From IMG/VR virus record IMGVR_UViG_3300031993_000007: 64,000 nt of DNA; one strand, written 5' to 3'. Positions 27,214-36,682 of this stretch are shown here, in pieces. Each line of letters begins with the position of its first letter. The first letter of the stretch is position 1. A model generated the notes under the pieces. It saw only the letters and a program-made list of their open reading frames with translations, did no database searches and was not told where the DNA came from. The DNA is from a virus. Taxonomy: Duplodnaviria; Caudoviricetes. Both the position numbers and the translations under genes were made by a program.

Positions 27214-29472
27214 TTACAAGTACTGCTTGACTTCGCTAAAGCCAAAGGTTACAGTCATTTCTTCACCAGCAAAGTTGGTAATCTTGTCGGTGTTATCGTC
27301 GAAGCTGTCGCAGTCATTGAACCAACGGCGTGCAACGATCATTGCAAACTTGGTTTGCGCAATCTTAATGCCCAGATCACGCTTTTCCTTTGTTTCTGCA
27401 TTGAACATTTCAACGATTTTTTTAGACTTTTCATCTTCGGTCTTGCACTTCGCCAAAGTCTTGTCAATATCTTCAATGACCTTGCGGAGAAGAGTCAGAG
27501 AGGGAGTAGCCTTGTTCTTCAGATCCATAGCGTCTTCAACCTTCGGAATCTTAGAGAACTTCGCAAAGGCAGAATCGAAATTGAGCGAGAGATAGAAGTC
27601 GTCTTCGTTCTTCTCAACCTGAGTCGGCGGATTAAAGCCTTCAGAGGTAATCCCAAGAGAAGCGAGCCACTGAGTTTCTTCGTTGTCGGGCCACTTATTC
27701 TTATTGGTATACTTCGTGTCGAGACCCTTCTTAAGCCATCCGAGGTATTTGAGACGGAACTTGAGTTCAAGAAGATCGTATTCCATCTTCGTCATTGTGG
27801 CCTTCTTAACGCCACGAGCACGGTTGATATTGACGACTGGAAGTTTGCTGATGTCAACATCAACACGGATAAGACCATTAGCGGTCTGCTTTTGTTCACC
27901 AAGAATCACAGCCTTGTGGCGGCTGATTTCCTTAACAGTTTCCGGCGTGAGTTCCAACGGAAGCAAAGAAGTATTGACAAGCCCATCCTTCACAATGTTG
28001 TAATTGCGGTAGACAGTGCTGTTCATCTTGTCCTTGTTGAACTTGTTCTTCGGAAGAGTAAGTTCCACGTCGATCTTGATGCGTGCATTCAAGTTAGCAC
28101 GGGTTTCGTTCCAGACGAAATTGTCAACCGGATAACCCTTATTGATAAATTCCATCTTGACATTGGTTTCTTCCTTCTTGTCGAGCACTTCCTTGAGTTC
28201 GGAAGCGGTCTTAGCCTTAGCCAACTTTTCCTGATCTTCGGCAGAAAGGGCTTCAGACTTTGCTACGGCCTTGGAACCAATGCGCTTGTAGGAGAATGCC
28301 GGGTCAGTAACCCAGATGAGGTTGCCATCAACCTTCTGAATGTCGTTGAAGAAGTCAACGATGCAGTAGTTAGCCGGAGACGGCTTGTACTTCGGATCGA
28401 TTTCACCACGGAGAGATTCATCAAACACAGCATTCAGCAATTCGCCTTGGAAGGCAAAGAGCTTCTGCTTGCCAAAGCTGTTGGCATACATTTCGATGAA
28501 CTTCTTGTCGCCGATCGTAGCAAGAACCTTTTCAGTCCAGTCGTACTTCAGCATGTCAGCCAAGATGTAAGCTGCGGCATAGAGATAGGACTTGTCGTCA
28601 TTCTTCTTCGCCTTAGCCTTTTCGTCGCTGATATCATCGTTGGTGAAGGAATAGAATTCCATTACGCCTTCAGGAAGCATGATCTTTCCGTTGTTGGCGA
28701 ACGCCACGTTGATAAGCTTGGTAGCCGGATTGATAAAGAACACCTTCGGCACAGACGGGCTGATGTTGTCAGTCACACTCTTCGGAATACTTACTTCGAT
28801 GACGTTCACGGAGCTGCCAGCGCCAGTAATGGCGGCGTTGAACTTGGGCTCGTAAGATTCAAAATCTTCAGCAGTCACCTTGGCACCGCCGAGTTCTGAA
28901 GCCATCTTGGACAGAGCGTCGGAGTCTGCGTAGTAGCCGTATTCAATAATCGTGGCACCCTTGACGCCACTCTTGATTTCACCAAGAGCATCAATAACTT
29001 CCGGGAACGGGCCTTCGTTATGGCCACCGTCACTCAGGAAGATCCAGTTAAGGCCATTCTTGGCTTTTTCAATGAGCTTCTTTGTTTCCTTGATAGGATT
29101 GACGAAGTCCGTACAACCTCCAGGTTGGAGGAAGCGATCAATAGCAGCATGAAGTTGTTGAAGCTGTTCCGGAGTGGAACACTTTACGAACTCCTTCAGC
29201 ACAAAGCAGCGATTGCTTCCTGCAAATGCAATGATTGTAATTGTATCTTCATCCTTCACAAGGTCGGACAAACGGTTCTTCAGCTGACGCCGCATGAGGG
29301 GCAATTCGTCCCACATAGAGCCACTGATGTCACAGCAAAAGACGTGATCGACCGGAGTCTTTACGGCTTTGACTTTCTTTGCTTTGGATTCTTTGATAGT
29401 CACTTCATGAGCATTTACGAAGAAGTGCTGAGTGACCTTGCAACTTCTCGTAGATAACGTTGTCTTATTCAT
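27214..29472 (-). CDS. vWA (MIDAS) domain protein
   Basis: CCDISGSM, GGCTDF, IFLSDG; 752 aa; strong codon bias. Confidence 0.85.
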   Translation of the reverse strand: MNKTTLSTRSCKVTQHFFVNAHEVTIKESKAKKVKAVKTPVDHVFCCDISGSMWDELPLMRRQLKNRLSDLVKDEDTITIIAFAGSNRCFVLKEFVKCSTPEQLQQLHAAIDRFLQPGGCTDFVNPIKETKKLIEKAKNGLNWIFLSDGGHNEGPFPEVIDALGEIKSGVKGATIIEYGYYADSDALSKMASELGGAKVTAEDFESYEPKFNAAITGAGSSVNVIEVSIPKSVTDNISPSVPKVFFINPATKLINVAFANNGKIMLPEGVMEFYSFTNDDISDEKAKAKKNDDKSYLYAAAYILADMLKYDWTEKVLATIGDKKFIEMYANSFGKQKLFAFQGELLNAVFDESLRGEIDPKYKPSPANYCIVDFFNDIQKVDGNLIWVTDPAFSYKRIGSKAVAKSEALSAEDQEKLAKAKTASELKEVLDKKEETNVKMEFINKGYPVDNFVWNETRANLNARIKIDVELTLPKNKFNKDKMNSTVYRNYNIVKDGLVNTSLLPLELTPETVKEISRHKAVILGEQKQTANGLIRVDVDISKLPVVNINRARGVKKATMTKMEYDLLELKFRLKYLGWLKKGLDTKYTNKNKWPDNEETQWLASLGITSEGFNPPTQVEKNEDDFYLSLNFDSAFAKFSKIPKVEDAMDLKNKATPSLTLLRKVIEDIDKTLAKCKTEDEKSKKIVEMFNAETKEKRDLGIKIAQTKFAMIVARRWFNDCDSFDDNTDKITNFAGEEMTVTFGFSEVKQYL

Positions 29473-29521
29473 TTTTTTTGTTTACCTTTGTAATTGCTCT
29501 GAGGCATTTCAGAGCAAATGA

Positions 29522-29562
29522 TAATATAGAAACAAAAAATAAAAGGCTGCAAGCGCAGCCTT
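29522..29562 (-). promoter_or_regulatory. Terminator + early promoter cassette
   Basis: Hairpin 29543-29562; TATATTA 29522-29528. Confidence 0.75.
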
Positions 29563-29565
29563 AAT

Positions 29566-30348
29566 TCATAAGTCACCTCGATCCCAGTTCCTCTTATACA
29601 GCCATTTGTTTTCCATTGCCACGAACACAATGGCAATAGCCAACACAACGAATATAAAGACTCCCCAGAACCAGTAATGAGCGTGTAATATCACTAAACG
29701 TTGCATAGCTCCTTCGCATGATTCTCCATTCATAAACTCTGAGTGATCCTTAAGAGACTGAGAACGGTCTGCGATGGCATAGAATGCACCAGTAAATTGT
29801 GTTGGACGAGCAAAGAAGACGTAACGTTTCCTACTTTCAAACTGCCACGTCTTAACATGATCTTCTCCCGGAAGCCGAGGAAAGGATTGATACAGAAACC
29901 ACTGTCCTAAGAATTCTACTTTGGCCACAGATTTCCCTTCACTATGAATGGCATCCCATGTCCAGTAATACTTCGTATGACAATGACGATTCTTACCATC
30001 TCCGCTACAAACTCTCTTGGAGTGCATACGATACTCTTCATACACACGGGTGATAGTCATGTAGGTTCTTCCATCCAAGCCTTCATAAGTCACTGGGTCG
30101 ATAGCCTTCACAGTTCCGTGCACAATCATATGACCAGCATTGGTCTCAAGTGCATATTTAAACTGCGCAGGATCGTTAGTGATTTTTATGGCTTGGTAAT
30201 ACTTGGCATTATGGTCTGCCTGATACTTTTGAATATAGTCAGACACATAAAAGCCGAGCAATGCCATGAGACAAAGGAAGATTATAGTTACAAACATTTC
30301 TCGTTTAGTAACTTCAATCTCCGAGTCTGAACCTTTAAAGAAGATCAT
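29566..30348 (-). CDS. Two-TM membrane protein coupled to LemA
   Basis: N- and C-terminal TM helices; ATGA overlap with lemA. Confidence 0.8.
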   Translation of the reverse strand: MIFFKGSDSEIEVTKREMFVTIIFLCLMALLGFYVSDYIQKYQADHNAKYYQAIKITNDPAQFKYALETNAGHMIVHGTVKAIDPVTYEGLDGRTYMTITRVYEEYRMHSKRVCSGDGKNRHCHTKYYWTWDAIHSEGKSVAKVEFLGQWFLYQSFPRLPGEDHVKTWQFESRKRYVFFARPTQFTGAFYAIADRSQSLKDHSEFMNGESCEGAMQRLVILHAHYWFWGVFIFVVLAIAIVFVAMENKWLYKRNWDRGDL

Positions 30349-30911
30349 TCCTTGTTCCCCTTCAAGAGACCACGAGGAGCGTCAACTGGGGCATCTTTAA
30401 ACTCGAGATACTTAAAGTCTTTGACTTCGTAACCCAGAAATGAAAGTATCGGGCCAACTGGGAAACTGCGCACATAGCTTTTGTAATTTCGGGCGCTGTT
30501 GTTGTAATATTTCCTATGTTCCGAGATACGGTTTTCGGTTATTGCTAGCTCGTTCATATATCTAGCATAGTTCTTTTCGGATTTTAGCTCAGGATATCGT
30601 TCTGCAACAGCCTTGATATAAGCTGAAGCATTTACGTCGCCAGCCTCTTGTACTGTACGGGCCTTTGATAATTCAACGATCACTTTGTATTCATGTTCGT
30701 TGTAAGACAAGACGGCTTCAGCCAGATTCACCAGCAACCCAGAACGGCGGTTGTATTCTGCGTTCAGGTCGGACAGAGATGATTCCACCAATTCTTCCTT
30801 GCCGACAGCAGAGTTCTTAAAGCTCTGTAAACCGAAGATGGCTGTAATGGCTACAAAGACCATCATGATAATAACGGCTACGATGATACCTACAATGTGT
30901 TTTACTTTCAT
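30345..30911 (-). CDS. lemA: LemA family protein
   Basis: N-terminal TM; EYNRRSGLLVNL, AERYPELKS, ELAITENRI...YN, RSFP; start ATG 30911. Confidence 0.9.
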   Translation of the reverse strand: MKVKHIVGIIVAVIIMMVFVAITAIFGLQSFKNSAVGKEELVESSLSDLNAEYNRRSGLLVNLAEAVLSYNEHEYKVIVELSKARTVQEAGDVNASAYIKAVAERYPELKSEKNYARYMNELAITENRISEHRKYYNNSARNYKSYVRSFPVGPILSFLGYEVKDFKYLEFKDAPVDAPRGLLKGNKE

Positions 30912-30972
30912 TTGATTCCTCTTGGGTTGATGATTGAGATAAAGAAAAAATTGTCGTGGGACACGAAGAACG

Positions 30973-31434
30973 CTAAAGCACGAATTTAGATTTCTCCAAA
31001 ACATACTTTAGCGTTCTTACAATAGTTCCAAGGTTTAATATATTAACAAAGATGAACATTATACGAGGATAGAAAGCAATTGCTCGCTTATTATGTAAAT
31101 AGACTCTTAAGGACGTCAATATACACTTGGTGCATAGACTGTAGTCACGATGATTTCGAGTCATACGGCTTCCTATATCACGATCGTATTGTTCCATTTG
31201 TTTGATAAATGGAACAGCACATCGTATAGGATCAGTTTTGACTGCTTCTATAACTTTCTTCATAGTATTCTTGTATAGCTCATGTTCTTGCTGTTCATCT
31301 AAATGGCCTGTAATTTTGAATAGTACAATGTTACTTTCTTCTTTGCTAAGGCCAAGAATTCCTGCAAAATCTTTTGTGGATGGTGTAATACTAAAAGCGG
31401 CTTCTAAGGCCTTTTCGATATCTTCGTTGTTCAT
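30973..31434 (-). CDS. DP-turn family protein
   Basis: VIEAVKTDPIRCAVPFI. Confidence 0.75.
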   Translation of the reverse strand: MNNEDIEKALEAAFSITPSTKDFAGILGLSKEESNIVLFKITGHLDEQQEHELYKNTMKKVIEAVKTDPIRCAVPFIKQMEQYDRDIGSRMTRNHRDYSLCTKCILTSLRVYLHNKRAIAFYPRIMFIFVNILNLGTIVRTLKYVLEKSKFVL

Positions 31435-31790
31435 TGGATTAAAGCCTCCAGATGCGCTACGGTAGCCCTTTGACGGGCAATGATCTCATCTTGTCTGCTC
31501 CGTATTCCCATGAATTCAGTGATCGTCCTGTCAATTGCAAGATTGTACCTGTCAATCCACGGCTTAGCATATCGAACTGGATCAATCTTTATGAGATCAA
31601 AGATCTTTTGTACGATCGGGCTTTCGACACATTTTTCTTCTACTTCATATACTATAGCCTCACGAAACTTTGCAGCTTCTTCATTGGTTATACAGAAGAT
31701 TTTTACTGCGAATTGATCAAAGATTGTGACTTGATCAAAATCTATCTCGTTTTGCACGACTTCTATTATAGCTTTTTCTAATTCTGTCAT
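31431..31790 (-). CDS. DP-turn family protein
   Basis: IFDLIKIDPVRYAKPWI...LEALIQ. Confidence 0.8.
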   Translation of the reverse strand: MTELEKAIIEVVQNEIDFDQVTIFDQFAVKIFCITNEEAAKFREAIVYEVEEKCVESPIVQKIFDLIKIDPVRYAKPWIDRYNLAIDRTITEFMGIRSRQDEIIARQRATVAHLEALIQ

Positions 31791-32131
31791 TGGATTAATC
31801 CTTCTAAAGTGGCAATAGCCTTTTGGATCTTATCAGGTAAGCTGGCTTCTATCGCTTCAAACGGTTGCATCTTTTCCTTTAGGAGCCCAACTAAGTCCGG
31901 CACATAACGAACCGGATCTAGCATCACCCTATTCGCCCATGCTCGGCATGAGATTTCCAAGTACTTCCCATCAGGTTCGATGACGCCCCTGATTACATCA
32001 ATATACGAGAACACACGCTTTCGATCGACTTCAAACAATTTACAGAAGAAGCTCATGTTGTATCCGGCATTGTGCTTACTTTTTATACGGGCTATCTTGA
32101 TAGTCTCAATTAATTCTGGTGTTGCGCTCAT
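31787..32131 (-). CDS. DP-turn family protein
   Basis: ANRVMLDPVRYVPDLV...LEGLIQ. Confidence 0.8.
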   Translation of the reverse strand: MSATPELIETIKIARIKSKHNAGYNMSFFCKLFEVDRKRVFSYIDVIRGVIEPDGKYLEISCRAWANRVMLDPVRYVPDLVGLLKEKMQPFEAIEASLPDKIQKAIATLEGLIQ

Positions 32132-32197
32132 TGTAACAATCCTTGTATAGTAATTAAAATATCACCCCCAATACTCGCTAAGTTATTCTTGTTTCAT
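32128..32197 (-). pseudogene. C-terminal remnant of a DP-turn gene
   Basis: Reads NKNNLASIGGDILITIQGLLQ-stop with ATGA overlap on next gene; no in-frame start. Confidence 0.4.
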
Positions 32198-32212
32198 TTC
32201 TCGATTGAGAAA

Positions 32213-32518
32213 TCAAATGTGGTTGTAAGCTTGGATAAGTGCGTCAACCTTATTTCCGTGTCGATCGCCCTTTTCGTCAAAGGTATAGAGTTCAGCAATA
32301 TCATCGCAGGATACTTCCACAAAAGGAAACACGATGAATTGAACACGCTTGGCAATATACCGAGCAGCCAACGCAGGATCTCTTCCAATTTCAGCTTGAG
32401 CCTTCGCAGGCATAACCATCTTGGAGCGGAAACCAATAGGAACTCCGCATTCCTCTGTTCCGTCCTTGCGAACGATACACACCATCGGCATATCTAGCCC
32501 AATTCGTCTTTCTTTCAT
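32213..32518 (-). CDS. Hypothetical protein (possible DP-like motif)
   Basis: SD AAGGAG; EIGRDPALAARY. Confidence 0.7.
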   Translation of the reverse strand: MKERRIGLDMPMVCIVRKDGTEECGVPIGFRSKMVMPAKAQAEIGRDPALAARYIAKRVQFIVFPFVEVSCDDIAELYTFDEKGDRHGNKVDALIQAYNHI

Positions 32519-32562
32519 ATTATCATTCTCCTTTGCTAGTAATAATTTGGGTTGACAAAGCT

Positions 32563-33009
32563 TTATTTACTGAATTTTGCAAGTTCATATATCTCTCCTA
32601 GCGTGCGTTTTCCTAAATTTACCTTTATCTTAGAGAGTCTTTCCTTTTCGTTTAAAGAGAGACAAGACATTACCTTAGCCAGAATAGTCATATCTGGATA
32701 GTTAGTATTCAGCTTTTCCTTGGCTACAGACAGGCTTTCTTTAGCTGATTTAATCTTAGCTTCTAGCCACGATCTATCAGTCCTCTCTATACAATTTTCG
32801 TCATTACAGAATCCTGATATTGACGCATACACGGTTCCAAGAGAGACAAAGATTTTGGAATAGTCATCTTCCATACAATCTGACCATTCCACTGAAAGAG
32901 CTACATGCCCATTTAGGATTTTCCCGTATTCTATGATCTCATTACTATCTTGTTTGATGAGGTCAAGACCTTCCTGTTGGCATATCTTCTCAAATTCACT
33001 TATTTCCAT
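32563..33009 (-). CDS. Hypothetical protein
   Basis: SD AAGGAG; first gene of module. Confidence 0.75.
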   Translation of the reverse strand: MEISEFEKICQQEGLDLIKQDSNEIIEYGKILNGHVALSVEWSDCMEDDYSKIFVSLGTVYASISGFCNDENCIERTDRSWLEAKIKSAKESLSVAKEKLNTNYPDMTILAKVMSCLSLNEKERLSKIKVNLGKRTLGEIYELAKFSK

Positions 33010-33122
33010 TTTTACTCCTTAAAGAAAAATTTGGGTTGGTGGATTCCATAGAGAATTCCAAAGCCAATTTAAGATTTCTCTATAAATTATGCTTTGGTAT
33101 TCTCTATATTTATTCCACAATT

Positions 33123-33180
33123 TAATATATCACCAGGTCATAGAAATTTACAAAAAAGGTAAGGACGCTTGTCCTTACCT
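33123..33180 (-). promoter_or_regulatory. Terminator + early promoter cassette
   Basis: Hairpin 33157-33180; TATATTA 33123-33129. Confidence 0.75.
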
Positions 33181-33190
33181 GATATTAGAG

Positions 33191-33427
33191 CTAATCGCCT
33201 GTTTCCTTCTGGTTCGTGGCCCAAACGTAGAACGCCTTGAAGATGGTCATCATCATACAGACGAAGAATGCCATTCCGGCAAAGGCCGTTAGAAGTATAG
33301 AAGATAAGCTTCCGCCTTCAGTTAAGAAACTGAGCCAGATCTTAACGTGAAGGCAAAACAGCATTGCAAAGCTGCCGCTTATAAAGTGGAGGCCCAACAG
33401 TTTGATAACGTATTTTAGTTTGGTCAT
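33191..33427 (-). CDS. Small two-TM membrane protein
   Basis: Two hydrophobic segments. Confidence 0.7.
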   Translation of the reverse strand: MTKLKYVIKLLGLHFISGSFAMLFCLHVKIWLSFLTEGGSLSSILLTAFAGMAFFVCMMMTIFKAFYVWATNQKETGD

Positions 33428-33660
33428 ATGTTTCTAGGTGCGGTTGGAGGGTTAACGATTATTCCATCTGGTTTATCCGTATAACTCCCTTGGGAGATAC
33501 GTTGTACATTGATCTTGCCATCAAATCGGATCTTGCGAGCATTGCTGTCACAGATCCAAAGGTTATTTGTTCCTGGCTCGATCTCAATACTTATCGATGG
33601 ATACTTGTTCAATATTAGACACGAAAGATGTTCTAAGAAGCTTTCTGCAACTGTAGCCAT
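33424..33660 (-). CDS. Hypothetical protein
   Basis: Coupled ORF. Confidence 0.7.
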   Translation of the reverse strand: MATVAESFLEHLSCLILNKYPSISIEIEPGTNNLWICDSNARKIRFDGKINVQRISQGSYTDKPDGIIVNPPTAPRNI

Positions 33661-33661
33661 G

Positions 33662-33994
33662 CTATTTCCTCACATTGAATCTCACCATTACTGGATCAAT
33701 TAAGTGAAATTGCAGCTCTTTCAAAGCTTTTACAGCATCATTGAGATCAATATTTGATGTTATGGCTTTCGAGCTTCCGGGATACTGAAGGTGATAGCCA
33801 TTATCGTTCTTGTCATAAATCAGTCTGTTTACGGCCTTGCCATCGGCATCGCCTTGTACAAAGCAGACAGCGATACTTTCAATGGAGTCCTTAAGTGTCT
33901 TGAGATTATGCTTGACAATACTGCTATCTAGCTCTTTAAAGTGAATGCTTATGGTGTCTATGAATATTTCTGCGTTGAAGATATCTTTGTCCAT
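33662..33994 (-). CDS. Hypothetical, paralog of 44825..45151
   Basis: IESIAVCFVQGD...VNRLIYD...DPVMVRFN. Confidence 0.75.
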   Translation of the reverse strand: MDKDIFNAEIFIDTISIHFKELDSSIVKHNLKTLKDSIESIAVCFVQGDADGKAVNRLIYDKNDNGYHLQYPGSSKAITSNIDLNDAVKALKELQFHLIDPVMVRFNVRK

Positions 33995-33997
33995 AGT

Positions 33998-34288
33998 TTA
34001 ATTCTTCCAGTTAAGTTCAAAGTATACGAAGTCAGTGTTGAATTCAGGGGAGTGTACATTTTCGATATACCTCACATGGTAGAAAGAGTCAGTGAAGACT
34101 TTTACATAGCTATTGTACTTGCATTCCGAGATCATAAGATTGATGCTCTTCTTGCCTTCGGACAGAGCCTTGGCGACCCTAGCCTCAATATCCTTTATGA
34201 TGTTTTCTTCTCGAACGATCTTTTCCTGAGCCTCTTTCGAAAGCTTGGATTCTCGCTCAATTTCTCCGATGGATTTCATTCTCATCAC
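33998..34288 (-). CDS. Hypothetical, terminal-W family
   Basis: MKSIGEIE...ELNW. Confidence 0.7.
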   Translation of the reverse strand: MMRMKSIGEIERESKLSKEAQEKIVREENIIKDIEARVAKALSEGKKSINLMISECKYNSYVKVFTDSFYHVRYIENVHSPEFNTDFVYFELNWKN

Positions 34289-34291
34289 AGT

Positions 34292-34465
34292 CTACCTCTT
34301 TGAATGTTTGTGTTTAAGTTTTCTTCGTTGCGCACGATTAAGACCTCCAGAATTGCTAGGGTCTTCAATCGCTGATTTCATCAGGCTTCTGGGAGGATGT
34401 TTGCATCTGACCCAAATTCCTAAGAATGGAAAATAGTACGGCTTTCGTTCTTCGGAATCGGTCAT
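34292..34465 (-). CDS. Small basic protein (57 aa)
   Basis: Below ORF-track cutoff; MTDSEERK...NRAQRRKLK; fills gap with ATGA overlap. Confidence 0.6.
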   Translation of the reverse strand: MTDSEERKPYYFPFLGIWVRCKHPPRSLMKSAIEDPSNSGGLNRAQRRKLKHKHSKR

Positions 34466-34626
34466 GAGATAATATCCTTTATTATTATGTAGTAGAACGC
34501 AAATCCGTACAGTACTGCCATGACAACAAGGCCGATGATATTAAATATGGCCACGGCCAGCTTGTCAGTAAACAACCTGTCCGCAGCCTTTTGGCGTTTG
34601 TACCAATGAACGATACTACGGATCAT
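34462..34626 (-). CDS. Small membrane protein (54 aa)
   Basis: Below cutoff; one TM; SD GGAG. Confidence 0.6.
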   Translation of the reverse strand: MIRSIVHWYKRQKAADRLFTDKLAVAIFNIIGLVVMAVLYGFAFYYIIIKDIIS

Positions 34627-34999
34627 GATCTACTCCATTTTCAAACAGGAATGCCTTTACAATCCGATCTCGATTGGAATCGTCGCACTCTTTAAATCCG
34701 GTATTGAAATGCTCGTAGTACGGAGACCACCAGTCATATGCTTCCGGATTGCGCTTGAGCCACGATTTTTTCCATTCAAAGCCGTTCTTCTTGTGCCAGA
34801 TCTTGATCTCAATTCCGCTATAGTCTTCCCACTCGTTCCAATATTCGTAGCTAAGCTTTCTGGTAAACCTGTTATAGTACCGGAACCAGATGCTAGGCTT
34901 AACATTTATCTTCACTTTCTTGTATAAGATGAGTTGCCATAGTATAAATGCAGCTACGACAATTACTACTGACAACAATGACGAAAGTAGAATACCCAT
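34616..34999 (-). CDS. Membrane-anchored hypothetical
   Basis: N-terminal TM, Trp-rich. Confidence 0.7.
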   Translation of the reverse strand: MGILLSSLLSVVIVVAAFILWQLILYKKVKINVKPSIWFRYYNRFTRKLSYEYWNEWEDYSGIEIKIWHKKNGFEWKKSWLKRNPEAYDWWSPYYEHFNTGFKECDDSNRDRIVKAFLFENGVDHDP

Positions 35000-35301
35000 T
35001 ATTGAACCTTCTTTTCGATGTAGTAACGAGTGTAAGTATCTTCCTCAATAGGATAAGCTCTATAGCGATCAGATAGAAGCTTGAGAATCAGAGATGGATT
35101 GACGGACAAATCGTACATCAAATCACGGATCTCACAACTTTCGTTCACAAATGGCATGATTGAGATAGCAATGCTGTTATGCGTCTTCATCCACTCGTCA
35201 ATCTTCTCTATGAGTAGCTTCTCCTCGGGGTTCGGTTCCGGCAAGATTTCAGTGAAGATCATCTCCGGAATCTTGAACAAAGACTTCAGGAATTTAAACA
35301 T
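34999..35301 (-). CDS. Hypothetical protein
   Basis: Start ATG 35301 (MFKFLK). Confidence 0.7.
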   Translation of the reverse strand: MFKFLKSLFKIPEMIFTEILPEPNPEEKLLIEKIDEWMKTHNSIAISIMPFVNESCEIRDLMYDLSVNPSLILKLLSDRYRAYPIEEDTYTRYYIEKKVQ

Positions 35302-36250
35302 TGGAAGTTTCCTTTTTGGGAAGGTCGTTAAAGCCAATGATTGTGATGTCTTTCTTCTGTAGCGCTTTAGCACCGTAGGTAGTGAAATTGCCTTCACGAT
35401 CCCAACCATCTTCTTTATACTTGTAATCTTCAAGCATACTAATATTGTTTTTCTTGAAGGCGTTGCCAATGATCCTTTCGCCAACATCAAGAAGGCTTGC
35501 GAGCGTGCTGCAACCTCCGGTGGCAGTACTCAAGCGCTTATCAAGGCTGTTCATGAAGTTTTGAATCTGCTTCCGGTTCCAGCTGCCAGCCGGGAACAAA
35601 GCCATTCCTTGCATGGAATGCCATTCTGGCCCATTAGAGAAGCGCCATCCGGCATCTCCGCCACAAGTGAAGATGTACGAGATAAACTTTGGCTTCTTAG
35701 AAATGGACTGTTTGGCAGTCTGTTTCGTCGTAGCACCCTTGGGGATGAAACGGACAGAATCCTTAAAGGTAACTTCTTGCACATCGCCATCTCTTTCCTG
35801 ATGGTACAGAAACTCATAAACATTCTGCGTGCTGAAGGAAATAACGTAGAACGAAAGGTCAGCTGTAATCTCGCCTTCATATACACCATCTTCGTAGATG
35901 GTCAAGATATCCAAGTCTAGATACGGCTTCTTGTGCTCTTTTTGGTACTTTTCCAGCTTGTCTGTGTCAAGCCTTCCGTTGTGCCATTCATCATCTTCGT
36001 CGTGTTCAAAGATATCTCGATCCGGAACCTTCTCAAGAATATCCGTTCCGAACATATCTAAAACCAGATCCCTGAAGCACTTGTTATTTCCAGCGCTTCC
36101 AAGGAACAGAAAGCCATCCTTTGTCTTGTCAAAGGTAAAGTAATGAAAGCCGAACGGTGTTACAAAGCTCTTCAGAAATACCTTAGCTTCCTTGGCATTC
36201 TTAAAGTCTTTCATCCACTTAGCAATGGTTGCAAGATGTTTCTTGGACAT
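35294..36250 (-). CDS. Hypothetical protein
   Basis: 318 aa, SD AAGGAG. Confidence 0.8.
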   Translation of the reverse strand: MSKKHLATIAKWMKDFKNAKEAKVFLKSFVTPFGFHYFTFDKTKDGFLFLGSAGNNKCFRDLVLDMFGTDILEKVPDRDIFEHDEDDEWHNGRLDTDKLEKYQKEHKKPYLDLDILTIYEDGVYEGEITADLSFYVISFSTQNVYEFLYHQERDGDVQEVTFKDSVRFIPKGATTKQTAKQSISKKPKFISYIFTCGGDAGWRFSNGPEWHSMQGMALFPAGSWNRKQIQNFMNSLDKRLSTATGGCSTLASLLDVGERIIGNAFKKNNISMLEDYKYKEDGWDREGNFTTYGAKALQKKDITIIGFNDLPKKETSNV

Positions 36251-36399
36251 TATTTCTCCTTAGGTTGAGTTCTATCTTTCGCATGGAAGATAGTTTGGTT
36301 GTAGTGAAACTTGTAGTAGAGATCCATTCCGCACTTTGGACAAGTGCAATCAAAACTGTTAACCTGATGGTCACAATTTTCATTCAGACATTTTGGCAT
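36250..36399 (-). CDS. Zn-ribbon miniprotein (49 aa)
   Basis: Below cutoff; MPKCLNENC...CPKCG; TAATG overlap; first gene after promoter. Confidence 0.7.
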   Translation of the reverse strand: MPKCLNENCDHQVNSFDCTCPKCGMDLYYKFHYNQTIFHAKDRTQPKEK

Positions 36400-36433
36400 G
36401 ACAAAATCCTCGAGTTGATGATTGTCTATCTAA

Positions 36434-36476
36434 TAATATAAAAAATAAAAAAGATAAGGATATAGAGTCCTTATCT
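36434..36476 (-). promoter_or_regulatory. Terminator + early promoter cassette
   Basis: Hairpin AGATAAGGAT..GTCCTTATCT 36452-36476; TATATTA 36434-36440. Confidence 0.75.
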
Positions 36477-36499
36477 CGTAGTATCATTCTTTCGTTGGT

Positions 36500-36682
36500 T
36501 TATTTTGTTCCTAGAATTTGTTCACGAACAAATCCTCTTGAATCCCAGAATTCAGATAGATACTTAATGGTATCCACTTCAGTAGCACAAGCCTTGAAAC
36601 CTGGGCCATCTGTTCTACGCCCTTTGTTCGATTCCATACCAGATCTGATTACATCCATCCACTTCTTAGAAATGTTATTCAT
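36500..36682 (-). CDS. Hypothetical protein
   Basis: Start MNNISK. Confidence 0.55.
   Translation of the reverse strand: MNNISKKWMDVIRSGMESNKGRRTDGPGFKACATEVDTIKYLSEFWDSRGFVREQILGTK

Noticed and set aside
27355-28899. 514-aa plus-strand ORF opposite the vWA gene
   Set aside because: Antisense shadow of a codon-biased gene.
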